DNA from: a virus
Taxonomy: Duplodnaviria > Caudoviricetes
Length of the DNA: 64,000 bases
Direction: 5' to 3' (one strand)
Virus record (IMG/VR): IMGVR_UViG_3300014968_000001
Span: 8,496 to 72,495 of that record
A model generated the notes under the pieces. It was given only the letters and a program-made list of their open reading frames with translations. It was not told the DNA's origin and did no database searches. The stretch's first letter is position 1; every line of letters starts with the position of its first letter. Below, piece after piece: positions 10,801 through 20,112 of the stretch. A program made the translations under genes and the position numbers.

Positions 10801-13800
10801 CCCAACGCACCGCCAATTCAGCAAGGCGCAGCAACCGGCGTTGAAGGCATCGGCCAATTGCTCAGGCAGGCGGGTTACGACGAAAAGACCGTCGCCGTGG
10901 CGCAACGGATATTGGATAGGCTGGATAAAACCGGCGCATTGGATTTTAGCAAGTTGACCCTGCAATTGAAGCAGCAATTGGAATATGGCGCGGCTGGTCT
11001 GGCGCATGTGAGCCACGACCTGATTCAATTGGCATCGGGCGCGAACGCCACGACGTTTCCGCATGAACTGTTTCACTTTCTATTCGAGCATCTGCCGGCG
11101 GAGCGACAGGCGGAAATCAACCAGTATAGGGTGGCGGAATTGCGGAATATTCTCGGTGACAATATTCCGAAGGAATTGGCCGATGGCACGTTGACAACCG
11201 AAGCGTTTCTCAAGGCGTATCCGGATGACGACCACCAGAGGCTTTTGTATCCGTTGATAAACAACAGCGAATTTTTGGCCAACTTTGCCGGCAAAGAGGC
11301 AGTCAGCGATTACGAAAAGGCGAACGACCCGTCCAAGTGGAACCAGTTCAAGAACACCATCAAACAACTGGCTCGGATTGTGGTGCAATCGGTTCGGGGC
11401 GCGTTGCGGTTGCGCCCGGACATGCGGCAGATATTCGACGAATTGCAGGCAGGCAAATGGCGACCGGACGCGGAGAGCGGCAAGGCGTACGAGATGGCTA
11501 GGGAAGCGCAGGCGCAAGCACCGCGCACGCTCAGGGAATATGAGAAGGAAAAGGCGTTCAACGAGCCGTTGGTGGCGGAGCGCACATTGGGGGCGTACGG
11601 CGACATTGCCGATTTGAAGAACAAATTCGCCGATCAATTGGGCATCAGTGAGCAGGCCCGTAAAAACCTGAACCTGCCGAGCCAGGATTTGTTGAGCGCC
11701 GTGGCCAGTGGAGACGCCCGATTGCCGCGGGTGGCGTTCGACAATTACAATCAGGTGCGGATTTTAACGGAACACGCGGGGCCGGGAGCGCGATGGTCGG
11801 TCATTCGGGATGCGTGGCGTGGGGCGACCGACGAGTTGAATCGGATGGCCAATACCGAGAAGAAATTCCAGCGTCAACAGGAATACATCACGAGTAAAGG
11901 GTTTCGGGACAAGATGAAGCGGGCGTTCCAACGCAAGGCAGACGCCGATATGTCGCAGCGCACGTTGACCACGTTCAAGCATCAAATTACCGAGCAAGCG
12001 GGATTAATCATCAAAGCGTTGAATGAGAAGGGAAAGACCGACGCGCAAGTGGAACAATTGCGTCAGGATTTGGCACGGGTTCAAAAGTTGGGCGAGTTCG
12101 GGGAAGCGGTAAGACAGCGGGTGCAGGACATCATTGACACCGTGGCGGCGACCGAAGGCGGTCTGGATTTGCTCTATAACGGCACGGATAAGACCGGCAC
12201 GAAGATTTACAATGCCTATTTGGATTTGAAAGAGTCCACCGCCAAGCAACCGCCATCAGCAGGATTGGCCGGGACTGTCGATGAACGGTTTTTAAGCGCC
12301 GAAGATAAGGCGCGGGTTGCTGCGAGCAAACTGCCATTGGTGAGCGAGGATCACAAACTATTCGCCAAGCTCGCCGCGCAAGTGCTGGCCGCAAACACGG
12401 ATTTGAGGCTGCAACTGGCCACCATGCAGCATTTCAATACCGATCCTGATTTCGCCGGGAAAGTCACGGCAGTCGGGGAGAAGTTTCGGAAGCAGTACGA
12501 GAAAGACCCGACGAACGCGGTGAAGCAGATGGTCAAGGCCACGGAAGGATTGACGAAGAAAGCGTTGGACGCGCAGACAGCATGGTTGCGGGTGAACGCC
12601 GATGTCACAAGGGAATTGAAGAAATATCAGGCGTTGGACGAAGCCACTACGGTTGACCGGATGGTTCGGGAATCGTCCCAGTGGAATCAGCGCATGAACC
12701 TGATTTCTCGGGATGCGGGCAGCATCGAAGTGCCGCCATCCGAGCGTGGGCGGGATACCAACCCGATTTCACCGTCGAACGTCTGGAACGAGTTCATGGG
12801 CCGGGGAACTATGGTTGGGCCGAGTGGTGCTACATACGAGATTGATTTGGGACATACTAAGGCAACCGCCGATGCCGCGCAACTTGAGACGCAGAAATAC
12901 CTGAACGACATCAACAGTTGGTTGAACGATCCGAAGAACGCCACATCGCCGTATCGGGATTATTGGCAGATGCGCTTTGACTTCGCCGATGCGTCATTGA
13001 ACGTGTCCCTGGCGTTGCGACCGCCGACGGTGGAATCGTTGTGGTGGAAGAATCCGGCCACGATCCCCGAATTCTTTTTCAAAGGGGCTTCCCTGCCGGA
13101 CGCCAAGATTTCGAGCATGGCCAGCGCGAACTACGCCCGTGCATGGGTGGTGGCTGACCAATGGTATAACGGCGCCATGCCAAAAATCATCTACGCACTC
13201 CGCAAAGGCATGGGCAGTCACGGCAAGGAGTATGACGCGAATTTCGACATCAAACGGTATCAGCGCGACGTGATGGACCGGCTGGCATCGGAATATCGCC
13301 ACGGCAAAGCGTTGGCGGCGGGCGACCGGCTGAACAACGGTGTCGTTTTGACACAGCAAGACATCAAGGCGTTGGAAACAATTGGGTTTCACGTCAATGA
13401 ACTGATGAACCTGCAACGGAACATCGGGCGCGAAAAACTGATGCCCAACACGCTGGTCATCGATGAATGGGCAAAAGGTGCGTGGGGATTGCGCGCGCCG
13501 CAGGAATTGGGAGCACGCAAGGGGACGACGTTGCCGCATGAATTCTCACAACGGGCAAAGACACTGGCGCGACTGGTGGCGGGGCCGCAGGGGTTGAAAT
13601 CGGGTGATTTGGCTGGTCTGGAACAATTGCTCGATTCACAGGACAATTTCACCGAGTTCGTCCAACGATTCATTGCCGAACGGCGGGCGGATTATTCGAC
13701 ACAGACGCCGTTCGAGGACATCTATAAAGACATCGCGCAGAAATGGCGGGACGGAGCGCCGGATGCACCGCAAACGATTCAGGAGATTGTTGACTACATC

Positions 13801-16563
13801 GACTCCAACACGACGAGCGATTACGACAAGGACAGCATCAAGGGTATTTTGTTGGGCGAGATGGACGGTCAGATTCGGAAGTTCTACAAGGATTTTGTGG
13901 AGCCGAACAAAAACTCCGCCGGGGCCACTACGGTTGAGAGCGTGCAGCGGGACACCGCTTTCAGCAAGGCGTACCAGAAAGATGTCGGAAGTTCGTTCTA
14001 TTACGATTACGGAGCGGTGACAGCTCCGGAAATCCGCAACATGGGCGTGGACTCGACCAACTTCCATTTGGTTCGACTGGTCAACACCCTGGATGCACTG
14101 GTGAAATCGTATGACACCGCCATCGCGCAGATTGAAGGCGTGTCCAAAGACGATCAGAAAGCGTTCATCAAAAAGGGCATGGTGGCGTTTCGCAGCGGTG
14201 AAGATTTTCGGAATTGGGAACGGTTGAAAGCGGAGCGTCGCATCGCCCAATATTTCAAGGAATCATTGCCGCAAGCGTACGGCAAAGACCAATCGTTGCC
14301 ACTGGAACTGTTTAGCAACGTCAAGCGGGTGACGGGCGATGCCATTTCTACGGCGTTGAGCGGGTTGGGCACGTTCCTGAATGTGTCCTTTGGTTCGCCG
14401 ATGAAGATGATGCTGACGTTGGGCGCATTGGATCGGGTGTATGGGATGACCTATTTCCGGGGCGTCCTGAACACGATGGCCAGCGTCATGCGCTACGGTT
14501 TGGTTGGAGTGCCCAAGACCGCGTATAAAATCGGCAAGATCGGGTTTGACTTGCATTCGGTCGGATTGAAAGAAAAAGCGGCGGAGTTCTGGATACGCGG
14601 ATTGCAGGAAGCGACCGAAGGATTGTTTCGCCAGTCGGAGTTCTACGACCAGCAATACAAGTATGGGTTGGGCTTTGCGAACCCGGTTGGGGAACGAATC
14701 GCCAACATCATCGCCATGCCCTACACGCACGGGATGGGTTACGAAGCGAAATTTTCCGATAACCCGCTTCTTGCCGGCGGACAGAAGTTGGGATTTCGCG
14801 CGTTGAGTCTCGCCGAAGCGCCGTTGGAACTGGTGAAGTCGTATTTCCCACAATTCGGTTACGTGGTGAGCTACGATGCTGCGGCACGGACGGCGGGACA
14901 GATTATTGACGGCATCGCAGGGCAGGCGCGGCGATCATTCGATTATCTGGAAAAGAGCGGCAAACTGGCGCAATGGGATTTGAAGGACATCAAAAGTCCG
15001 AAGAACCAACAGATACCATCGGAATACGTCATCCCGGGTTTCTTCACCAAGAAAAGTGCCACCGCACAGAATTTCGCGGCGTTATGGTGGTCACGGGCGA
15101 TTGACCAGCCGTTCCACGAGACGGTGTTGAACTACTGGAAAAAGCTCAGTGAAACCAAACCGGAAGACAGGGACAAGGTGAGCTTTCTCGCAGCGGACGT
15201 GGCTGATCCCGCGAAGGTAAAACAGGTTGAGGACGCGCGCGGCGGGGCGTTGTTGGGTGTGGCGGTCAAGGACGTGCATCATGCCAGCCCGGAGAATCGC
15301 CCGTTGGAACTGCGCAAGAACCAGTTGTTGAGCGCCATCTTCCCGTTGGCCGGTTGGTTCAGTCATTCCGCCAGGGGCGTGTTTCAAGCCGTTGGAAAAG
15401 CACCCACCGACCCATATAGCACCTACCGCCGATTGGCGGTCATCGCAGGCATCACGGCGTTGAACGTGGCGGCAATGGGCATCGTTGGCGGCGAGGTCGA
15501 GAAGGAAATCAAGCGGTTGATGTATAAACTCGTGTATCACGAGGAATTTCCCGCGAAACAGATTTGGCGCGGTGGCAGCGCAAAAGAAGTCGCGCAGATA
15601 GCGTTGATGGACGATACCAGCTTCATCCCGTTGGCGCATGATGTCGCGGCGATCCTGTTGGGCACAAAACGCGGCGGCGAAGGATTGGGCGGGACAGTGT
15701 TCGCCTTGAGCAAACTCAATTCGATACTGGATTATTTCAAAGGCGTCATCAAAACCGGACAACCGACGTATGGCGTGGCGAACCTGTTAAAGACGATGGC
15801 GCCAAGCACCAAGGTCATCATCAATCAACTCGCCAGCCAACAGGGATTGATTGCGGCTCGAAATGCCAAGACGTTGCTGGATTTGTATGGGCCGGAAGAT
15901 TTGCGCGGCAAAGGTCAGGAAGTGACGTTCCATGACCCGACACCGTTGACGCCGTATCGAAACGATTTGCGGAACGCGATATTTTCGGGCGATGCCGAAG
16001 GGGTGAAAGTGGCGGCGAAAGCGTATCTGGACAAGGCAGTGGCGATGGGCAATGAACCGGAGAAAGCGCAGTCATTGTTGCGGTCCACGATGAGCGCCTT
16101 GAACCTGATGAAGATGGGTGGGAAGAAGTTGACGGACGACCAACTCGCAGCGTTCATCGGAAACCTGACAGACGCGGAAAAGGCACAAGTCAATGCGGCC
16201 AATCAGAATTGGGTGGGGGCAGAGAAGGCGTTGGGGATGGAAGGAACGTTGACCGCGCAACCGCCGGGTGGCAGCGCAGGGCGAATCGGCGGCAGCGGTG
16301 CAGGCGTGACCAGCGCATACGACACAGGCGGTCGAACTGGGAAACTGCGACCGTTGAGCGCAGGCGGTGGCTCATTCCGACGTGCAGCGATTGGTGGTGG
16401 AACAGGTAGATTGCGTCGGATGGCCGGTGGACGCTCTACGAGTGCGCCGTCGAAGGCCACCGCCATGAAAGCACCGAAGCTGCGTCGGACGACCAGCCAT
16501 TTTCGAGGGGGCACGACGAACAGGTTGCGGAGTCATCATAAGAAGAACGCTTTGTTGGCGTAA
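7894..16563 (+). CDS. Giant (2889 aa) ejection/polyvalent-type virion protein with zincin HExxH domain
   Basis: Gly/Ala-rich hydrophobic N-terminal helices, small globular domains, TTFPHELFH (11062-11076) with downstream EFLANF, long helical C-terminal half, Arg-rich tail. Confidence 0.75.
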   Translation: MPFTPPNSIDELIADDSPPPAKYNFTPPQSADDVTDISAPPDSSFRPPDASKGIKEDSKLAQRAKELADVQEQKSEPTTPLGAGTKEFVRGIPAFAHRGGAVTLAAMSDAAAKAYNFVNPDNPLPDTSVSQFSQNPTAPLPAEEGAEEMRGIGRFGQKALQGAIKVAPAIGASAGIGAVGVAPEIAGAIPFAFDANGKPDPVSAGLMLALPGIGKLGEKGVAKWLDSTAGYDTAEKIAGVIKDATGKPVSKDTVAAWLKAGGNQVAANAALMASQIPDIAKSENPKQAFLDALAGNLAPSLLAFMGHEQEPGSPDAQKTAALNSGKWVVPGTERRLIGTEEKRNIQPPTEGGPSASGIREDTGQPAEAGKTIEGSKTDSGNDVEQTPSGQSESVAERKEVPPETPQPPSGNVPLTPAVDRAQRLEDLRKIPNRTPEQEQEFQALVAESGSVQQKMAAEIAKVKANEKPTPAVPPQETPPPKPPDTPAVALTEMPSLALHVEGEKTVRQVKNMEEAAALVDQLREASDMGSSEFPQMTIVDTKTGKPVARVSYNGRIWGLDGKEIERADNRGYGKPDAIDVSKETPKQPIFKPAKIERPWDIIDEIESKHGTILNKKSSKPGHEDYYNTEGYTRAASGAGKRLFSAKGSGPDKILQALIDSGAMHPDATVDDLWEAIDRASKARGAHYRGELPEQKANKFYAAMDKALKDKKSQKLTVGELQVGDQFTLGKEKFTVKFIDPDTGEVTVQDGKKFGTQTIPDGADIAVDAGSYKAAKPETASEDPFAVENTKTPPKLRPGEKVGEMFQGGDQPFNLSGETTKDIERIQKEKEAAEKAAAEAKALQEKQQLGLPGTETKSTGPQKYRIGKNPSTYEIVERLPASDVEKENGEQPVKIKNDRTGEVSTVLEQDLTAVQSHAGEEKAAKGPSLDDQLKAYGMDPGGFQNAAQKREAIKRAKAKGDKPKFSVQADPNAPPIQQGAATGVEGIGQLLRQAGYDEKTVAVAQRILDRLDKTGALDFSKLTLQLKQQLEYGAAGLAHVSHDLIQLASGANATTFPHELFHFLFEHLPAERQAEINQYRVAELRNILGDNIPKELADGTLTTEAFLKAYPDDDHQRLLYPLINNSEFLANFAGKEAVSDYEKANDPSKWNQFKNTIKQLARIVVQSVRGALRLRPDMRQIFDELQAGKWRPDAESGKAYEMAREAQAQAPRTLREYEKEKAFNEPLVAERTLGAYGDIADLKNKFADQLGISEQARKNLNLPSQDLLSAVASGDARLPRVAFDNYNQVRILTEHAGPGARWSVIRDAWRGATDELNRMANTEKKFQRQQEYITSKGFRDKMKRAFQRKADADMSQRTLTTFKHQITEQAGLIIKALNEKGKTDAQVEQLRQDLARVQKLGEFGEAVRQRVQDIIDTVAATEGGLDLLYNGTDKTGTKIYNAYLDLKESTAKQPPSAGLAGTVDERFLSAEDKARVAASKLPLVSEDHKLFAKLAAQVLAANTDLRLQLATMQHFNTDPDFAGKVTAVGEKFRKQYEKDPTNAVKQMVKATEGLTKKALDAQTAWLRVNADVTRELKKYQALDEATTVDRMVRESSQWNQRMNLISRDAGSIEVPPSERGRDTNPISPSNVWNEFMGRGTMVGPSGATYEIDLGHTKATADAAQLETQKYLNDINSWLNDPKNATSPYRDYWQMRFDFADASLNVSLALRPPTVESLWWKNPATIPEFFFKGASLPDAKISSMASANYARAWVVADQWYNGAMPKIIYALRKGMGSHGKEYDANFDIKRYQRDVMDRLASEYRHGKALAAGDRLNNGVVLTQQDIKALETIGFHVNELMNLQRNIGREKLMPNTLVIDEWAKGAWGLRAPQELGARKGTTLPHEFSQRAKTLARLVAGPQGLKSGDLAGLEQLLDSQDNFTEFVQRFIAERRADYSTQTPFEDIYKDIAQKWRDGAPDAPQTIQEIVDYIDSNTTSDYDKDSIKGILLGEMDGQIRKFYKDFVEPNKNSAGATTVESVQRDTAFSKAYQKDVGSSFYYDYGAVTAPEIRNMGVDSTNFHLVRLVNTLDALVKSYDTAIAQIEGVSKDDQKAFIKKGMVAFRSGEDFRNWERLKAERRIAQYFKESLPQAYGKDQSLPLELFSNVKRVTGDAISTALSGLGTFLNVSFGSPMKMMLTLGALDRVYGMTYFRGVLNTMASVMRYGLVGVPKTAYKIGKIGFDLHSVGLKEKAAEFWIRGLQEATEGLFRQSEFYDQQYKYGLGFANPVGERIANIIAMPYTHGMGYEAKFSDNPLLAGGQKLGFRALSLAEAPLELVKSYFPQFGYVVSYDAAARTAGQIIDGIAGQARRSFDYLEKSGKLAQWDLKDIKSPKNQQIPSEYVIPGFFTKKSATAQNFAALWWSRAIDQPFHETVLNYWKKLSETKPEDRDKVSFLAADVADPAKVKQVEDARGGALLGVAVKDVHHASPENRPLELRKNQLLSAIFPLAGWFSHSARGVFQAVGKAPTDPYSTYRRLAVIAGITALNVAAMGIVGGEVEKEIKRLMYKLVYHEEFPAKQIWRGGSAKEVAQIALMDDTSFIPLAHDVAAILLGTKRGGEGLGGTVFALSKLNSILDYFKGVIKTGQPTYGVANLLKTMAPSTKVIINQLASQQGLIAARNAKTLLDLYGPEDLRGKGQEVTFHDPTPLTPYRNDLRNAIFSGDAEGVKVAAKAYLDKAVAMGNEPEKAQSLLRSTMSALNLMKMGGKKLTDDQLAAFIGNLTDAEKAQVNAANQNWVGAEKALGMEGTLTAQPPGGSAGRIGGSGAGVTSAYDTGGRTGKLRPLSAGGGSFRRAAIGGGTGRLRRMAGGRSTSAPSKATAMKAPKLRRTTSHFRGGTTNRLRSHHKKNALLA

Positions 16564-16611
16564 AATAAAGCAAAATTCTTTGTTGACAGTAACGCACGAG
16601 TGGCGTTATTG
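16564..16611 (+). promoter_or_regulatory. Candidate sigma70-type promoter with A-rich upstream element
   Basis: AATAAAGCAAAATTCTTTGTTGACA (TTGACA 16583-16588); near-identical element at 37384; -10 box unclear. Confidence 0.55.
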
Positions 16612-16624
16612 GTATTTCAAGAAT

Positions 16625-16743
16625 GAGCGTGTGCCTGAAACGTAAAACAGGAAGGAAGCCAATCATAGGGAACAGCCTATGACGCCGATAAGATACTGGG
16701 ACCTGTTATCCTTGTATTGCAGGTTCAAATCCTGCCGCGCTCA
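16625..16743 (+). ncRNA. tRNA-like RNA with a 52-nt structured insert replacing the anticodon loop
   Basis: Acceptor GAGCGTG/CGCGCTC, D stem CCTG/CAGG, T arm GCAGG-TTCAAAT-CCTGC, stem AAGGA/TCCTT enclosing 16657-16708; ends A-CTA (no encoded CCA). Confidence 0.7.
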
Positions 16744-16751
16744 CTAATTTT

Positions 16752-16829
16752 ATGCCAATCTACAAACGCTACTACCAAGGCGAATATTGGTATTCTTACG
16801 ATGGAGTCAGTTGGTATCTTTGCCGGTAA
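16752..16829 (+). CDS. Possible 25-aa aromatic-rich micropeptide
   Basis: MPIYKRYYQGEYWYSYDGVSWYLCR; fills the gap between the tRNA-like RNA and the next gene. Confidence 0.4.
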   Translation: MPIYKRYYQGEYWYSYDGVSWYLCR

Positions 16830-16834
16830 TAGCC

Positions 16835-17302
16835 ATGAACTCTCAACCCCCACCCGACGATCTCGGACCAAAAATCTCGCCTGAACTGGCCGCTAACATC
16901 AAGCGGATGGTGAAGCAGAAGATTGCGGCGATTGACCCGAAATCGGTCAAGCCAAAGGGGAAAACGGTGGTTGGGAAGCATTCGGCTATTCCATGTTACT
17001 TCTGTGGAATTTGCGACGGTTTGAGTAAAGAGAAGCATCCGATTGGTTACGAGGGGTTGCCCAAGGAAAAGGATTGCGATGAGTGCCGGTCGCATTTGGA
17101 GCAAGGTATGATTGCCGTTCGCGCTCCGGATGGGCGTTATGCGTTTGTTTACAACACGGCATTGGCGGGTGAGTTGGAGCAGACATCTAAAGATGCGGTG
17201 GCGGCAGGTAAGGCAGCAACGCCGTTGGATCGCGTGGTGATTGGAAATCAGGAATTTGATTTGCTGGTGAAGCGTTATCAGTCGGTGCAGCAGAGTAATT
17301 GA
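16835..17302 (+). CDS. Hypothetical protein with two CxxC pairs (Zn-binding?)
   Basis: CYFCGIC and CDECR; start moved to ATG 16835. Confidence 0.7.
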   Translation: MNSQPPPDDLGPKISPELAANIKRMVKQKIAAIDPKSVKPKGKTVVGKHSAIPCYFCGICDGLSKEKHPIGYEGLPKEKDCDECRSHLEQGMIAVRAPDGRYAFVYNTALAGELEQTSKDAVAAGKAATPLDRVVIGNQEFDLLVKRYQSVQQSN

Positions 17303-17305
17303 CCT

Positions 17306-17512
17306 ATGAGCGAATTCTTCCAAAAACTCAACACCACCGACCGCAGGTTGGAATGGATTCACAAAGGCAGTTGTGGCGGGGCGGTCACTGTCGGACCATC
17401 GAAGCCGAGAAATAAAGTGTTTGATTTCGGCAAGAAGCAGCCCAAGTTGATTTTGAAGCATTGTGAAAAATGCGGGAGAAATGAAGTAGAACCGGCGGAG
17501 GAAAAGGTATGA
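17306..17512 (+). CDS. Small hypothetical protein
   Basis: 68 aa, HKGSCG...CEKCG, operon-coupled. Confidence 0.6.
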   Translation: MSEFFQKLNTTDRRLEWIHKGSCGGAVTVGPSKPRNKVFDFGKKQPKLILKHCEKCGRNEVEPAEEKV

Positions 17513-17823
17513 TCGAATACACTGTTGATTATTTTATCGAGAAGTTTGAGGCGATTCCAGAGGGCAAGTGGTGCACACATGACCTTTTAAATTCACACGG
17601 GCAGCGCTGCGCTCAGGGCCACTGTATGCCGGAAGTTGGAAATGGCGAGTTTCTTTGGTCGATTATTCAAGCCGGAAAAGACACTAAAGAAAGACAAGCT
17701 TTGGAGAAAATTCTTCCAGAGGTTTGCGATATAAACAACGGTCGGTCTAAAGAATATCCCCAACCCACATGCAAGGCACGTATTCTGGCTGCGTTGAGGG
17801 ATGTGAAGGAGAAGGCGAAATGA
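17509..17823 (+). CDS. Hypothetical protein
   Basis: 104 aa, ATGA-coupled; CAQGHC and INNG motifs. Confidence 0.65.
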   Translation: MIEYTVDYFIEKFEAIPEGKWCTHDLLNSHGQRCAQGHCMPEVGNGEFLWSIIQAGKDTKERQALEKILPEVCDINNGRSKEYPQPTCKARILAALRDVKEKAK

Positions 17824-18005
17824 AATCCCCCGCCATCCAAACCGCCGACCAAGCCATTCGCATGTATTCCGCGATTGAAGCCTTGCTAAACCAGTTCAAA
17901 AGCGAGAACCGCAAACGCCGTCAGAAATGCGCGAACTGCGGTGCGCCGATCCTGAAAGGCGATACCAGTTGCGTGGCTTGTGGCGCGACGGATTTTGAGA
18001 CATGA
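17820..18005 (+). CDS. Small Zn-ribbon protein
   Basis: CANCG...CVACG; ATGA overlaps at both ends. Confidence 0.6.
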   Translation: MKSPAIQTADQAIRMYSAIEALLNQFKSENRKRRQKCANCGAPILKGDTSCVACGATDFET

Positions 18006-18607
18006 GCGAACTCACCCACAAAGATTTGCATTGGTTCCATCTGGCGAATGCCTGTCCGGTATTCGACTTTTACGAATTCAAGGATCGCTTTCTGCGCCGG
18101 TTCGGAACGCCTGATGGATGGGATTTGCAAATTATTGAGTATAGCTGCTGGACGTGCAACGGTACTGGAATGTATTCGCCTGATAACATCTGCCGATCCT
18201 GCGGTGGCGACGGAATTTATCGCACGGCACGGATTTGGTTGGAGCGAATTATCATCGGCGAACGGGCGTATCACATTCCCTACAAAGGCCCGTATGTGAA
18301 TCCCGAAATCAATCTTGAGCCGAGAAATGTCATCGAAGGCAAAATTAAGAAAGGCATCCGCAAGCCCCACCCATTGACGCCATTGTTTGAGGACATCATC
18401 GAAGAAGTCCCGTTCAATGTTGGATGGCGCTCGTATCGCCGACTGCTGCTGCGCCATGAGCCGATGCGGTATTACTGGATAGTCATGGATGGCATGAAAG
18501 GAAAGATTTCCAGGCATCGCGCCAAGTTGGAATTTTGCCTCATCAAACTCCGCAACAAACTGGATTTGTTCAAGAGCGTTCCTGAACACGACGAAGTGCC
18601 GTTTTAA
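18002..18607 (+). CDS. Hypothetical protein with DnaJ-type CxxCxGxG zinc finger
   Basis: CWTCNGTG...CRSCGGDG. Confidence 0.65.
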   Translation: MSELTHKDLHWFHLANACPVFDFYEFKDRFLRRFGTPDGWDLQIIEYSCWTCNGTGMYSPDNICRSCGGDGIYRTARIWLERIIIGERAYHIPYKGPYVNPEINLEPRNVIEGKIKKGIRKPHPLTPLFEDIIEEVPFNVGWRSYRRLLLRHEPMRYYWIVMDGMKGKISRHRAKLEFCLIKLRNKLDLFKSVPEHDEVPF

Positions 18608-18628
18608 CCCTCAACCCAAAAACTCATT

Positions 18629-19171
18629 ATGCCGACATTCAAACGGTGTCCGAAAGAAGTCAACAAACTGGCGAACGAAATCCTCAACGAATTCGAGACG
18701 CACAAACCCCTGCGCGATTGCAAAGCCATCGTGGATTTGGTGTTCGCCTATCCCGATTACGATGAAGCCACCGGAGAGCCGTTAAACGATGCGCTGTCCA
18801 AGAACGGTTGCAAAGCATTGGGCATCGCCCGCAAGTTGCCGCCGAAAGACCGCGCAATGGGTCGTGGTGACGCCGAGATTGCGCTGGATGGTCATTGGTG
18901 GGAACGCGCCAGCGATGCGGAACAGAAAGCGTTGCTCGACCATGAACTGCATCATTTGATGCCGAAGATCGACAAGCGCGGGTTGGTGTTGGACGATTCC
19001 AACCGACCGGTGATTGTTCTGCGACCGCACGATTTCGAGGTTGGCTGGTTTCATATCATCGCCGCACGGCATGGGGACGCGAGCCAGGAACGGCAGCAGG
19101 CGAAGGCACTCGTCGATAAGGCAGGGCAGTATTATTGGCCGGGGTTGCAACTCACGAACGGCAAGAAATAA
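18629..19171 (+). CDS. Phage putative metallopeptidase
   Basis: W...SDAEQKALLDHELHH followed by PHDFE, the pattern of the small phage metallopeptidase-like family. Confidence 0.75.
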   Translation: MPTFKRCPKEVNKLANEILNEFETHKPLRDCKAIVDLVFAYPDYDEATGEPLNDALSKNGCKALGIARKLPPKDRAMGRGDAEIALDGHWWERASDAEQKALLDHELHHLMPKIDKRGLVLDDSNRPVIVLRPHDFEVGWFHIIAARHGDASQERQQAKALVDKAGQYYWPGLQLTNGKK

Positions 19172-19579
19172 ATGCCCAGTAAACTCTCCAAACGCCTAGA
19201 TCGTTTCCCACCGTTCCTGTGCTACGCACTTTGCACGGTCAGGCTTCCACAATATACAAGGAAGCCGACCAGCAAATGGCAAGGCAGGCGAAATTGGCGG
19301 CGAATCAACCGTTATGAACTTTCCAAGCGAACCGGAATTCCAGTGAGGTCAGTTGAGCGTTACGTCCAACGGATCAGTTGGGAAAATTTCTTGGTCGGGG
19401 ACATGCTTCGTTTTTTGGACGCTTGCGGAATTGACCCCTTGAACATAGAACTGTCAACCTTGAAAATAAAAAGGCGCATGAAAGGGTTGAAAAACAAAAA
19501 ATTCCAGTATTTGACAACCGTGCAGTGGGATTTGTTGATGCGGAAGTTTCGGGAGTGGAAGGGGAGGAACGGGCAATGA
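19172..19579 (+). CDS. Putative HTH DNA-binding protein
   Basis: INRYELSKRTGIPVRSVERY resembles a Cro-like HTH. Confidence 0.55.
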   Translation: MPSKLSKRLDRFPPFLCYALCTVRLPQYTRKPTSKWQGRRNWRRINRYELSKRTGIPVRSVERYVQRISWENFLVGDMLRFLDACGIDPLNIELSTLKIKRRMKGLKNKKFQYLTTVQWDLLMRKFREWKGRNGQ

Positions 19580-19779
19580 ATCCGTGCCGCCATCCAAAAA
19601 GTAAACTTTGGAAAGACGTTGTTTACGGGGATTTGGTTGTTGTCTGCGATTGCGGAGCGTGGGCTTACGTGAACACAAATGACGACTTTAAAGACCATGA
19701 CAAATTGAAACGCGCGCTCAACAGCACCATACTTACCGAGCGACCGAAGACACGCACTAAAACTCAGGTGAAGCTATGA
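19576..19779 (+). CDS. Small hypothetical protein
   Basis: ATGA-coupled 67-aa ORF, CRH...CDCG. Confidence 0.55.
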   Translation: MNPCRHPKSKLWKDVVYGDLVVVCDCGAWAYVNTNDDFKDHDKLKRALNSTILTERPKTRTKTQVKL

Positions 19780-20012
19780 ACCGCGACACAAAAATAAACA
19801 AGCTCGCCCGCGCCATCAAAGATTATCGCGGCAAGTTTATCCCCAATCCCGATGGATCGATAAACAAATGGATGGTGGGCCCGAAACCGGACGCCTTAAA
19901 ACGAGTGGCTCGGTGGTGTTCGGAATTGAAACTGCCCGTGCAGGAAACATTAACGAAGGTGGATGAATTCAAAAACTACGCGCAGTTTGAGGCGTGGATT
20001 AAGGGGATATGA
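19776..20012 (+). CDS. Small hypothetical protein
   Basis: 78-aa coupled ORF. Confidence 0.6.
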   Translation: MNRDTKINKLARAIKDYRGKFIPNPDGSINKWMVGPKPDALKRVARWCSELKLPVQETLTKVDEFKNYAQFEAWIKGI

Positions 20013-20110
20013 AAATGGATTCTGAAATGTTTGGTTGCGGTTGGATAATTATTTGCCTTGGAATCTTTGTGCTTTGCATGGGTGGATGCGAACACTTCAT
20101 ATCTCACTAA
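20009..20110 (+). CDS. 33-aa membrane peptide (below ORF-track cutoff)
   Basis: MKMDSEMFGCGWIIICLGIFVLCMGGCEHFISH; ATGA overlap with the preceding stop. Confidence 0.45.
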   Translation: MKMDSEMFGCGWIIICLGIFVLCMGGCEHFISH

Positions 20111-20112
20111 GT

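Noticed and set aside
16625-16743. Canonical tRNA, tRNA-Sec or tmRNA call
   Set aside because: No 7-nt anticodon loop or UCA anticodon in position; too short for tmRNA, no tag ORF, and it has a D stem.
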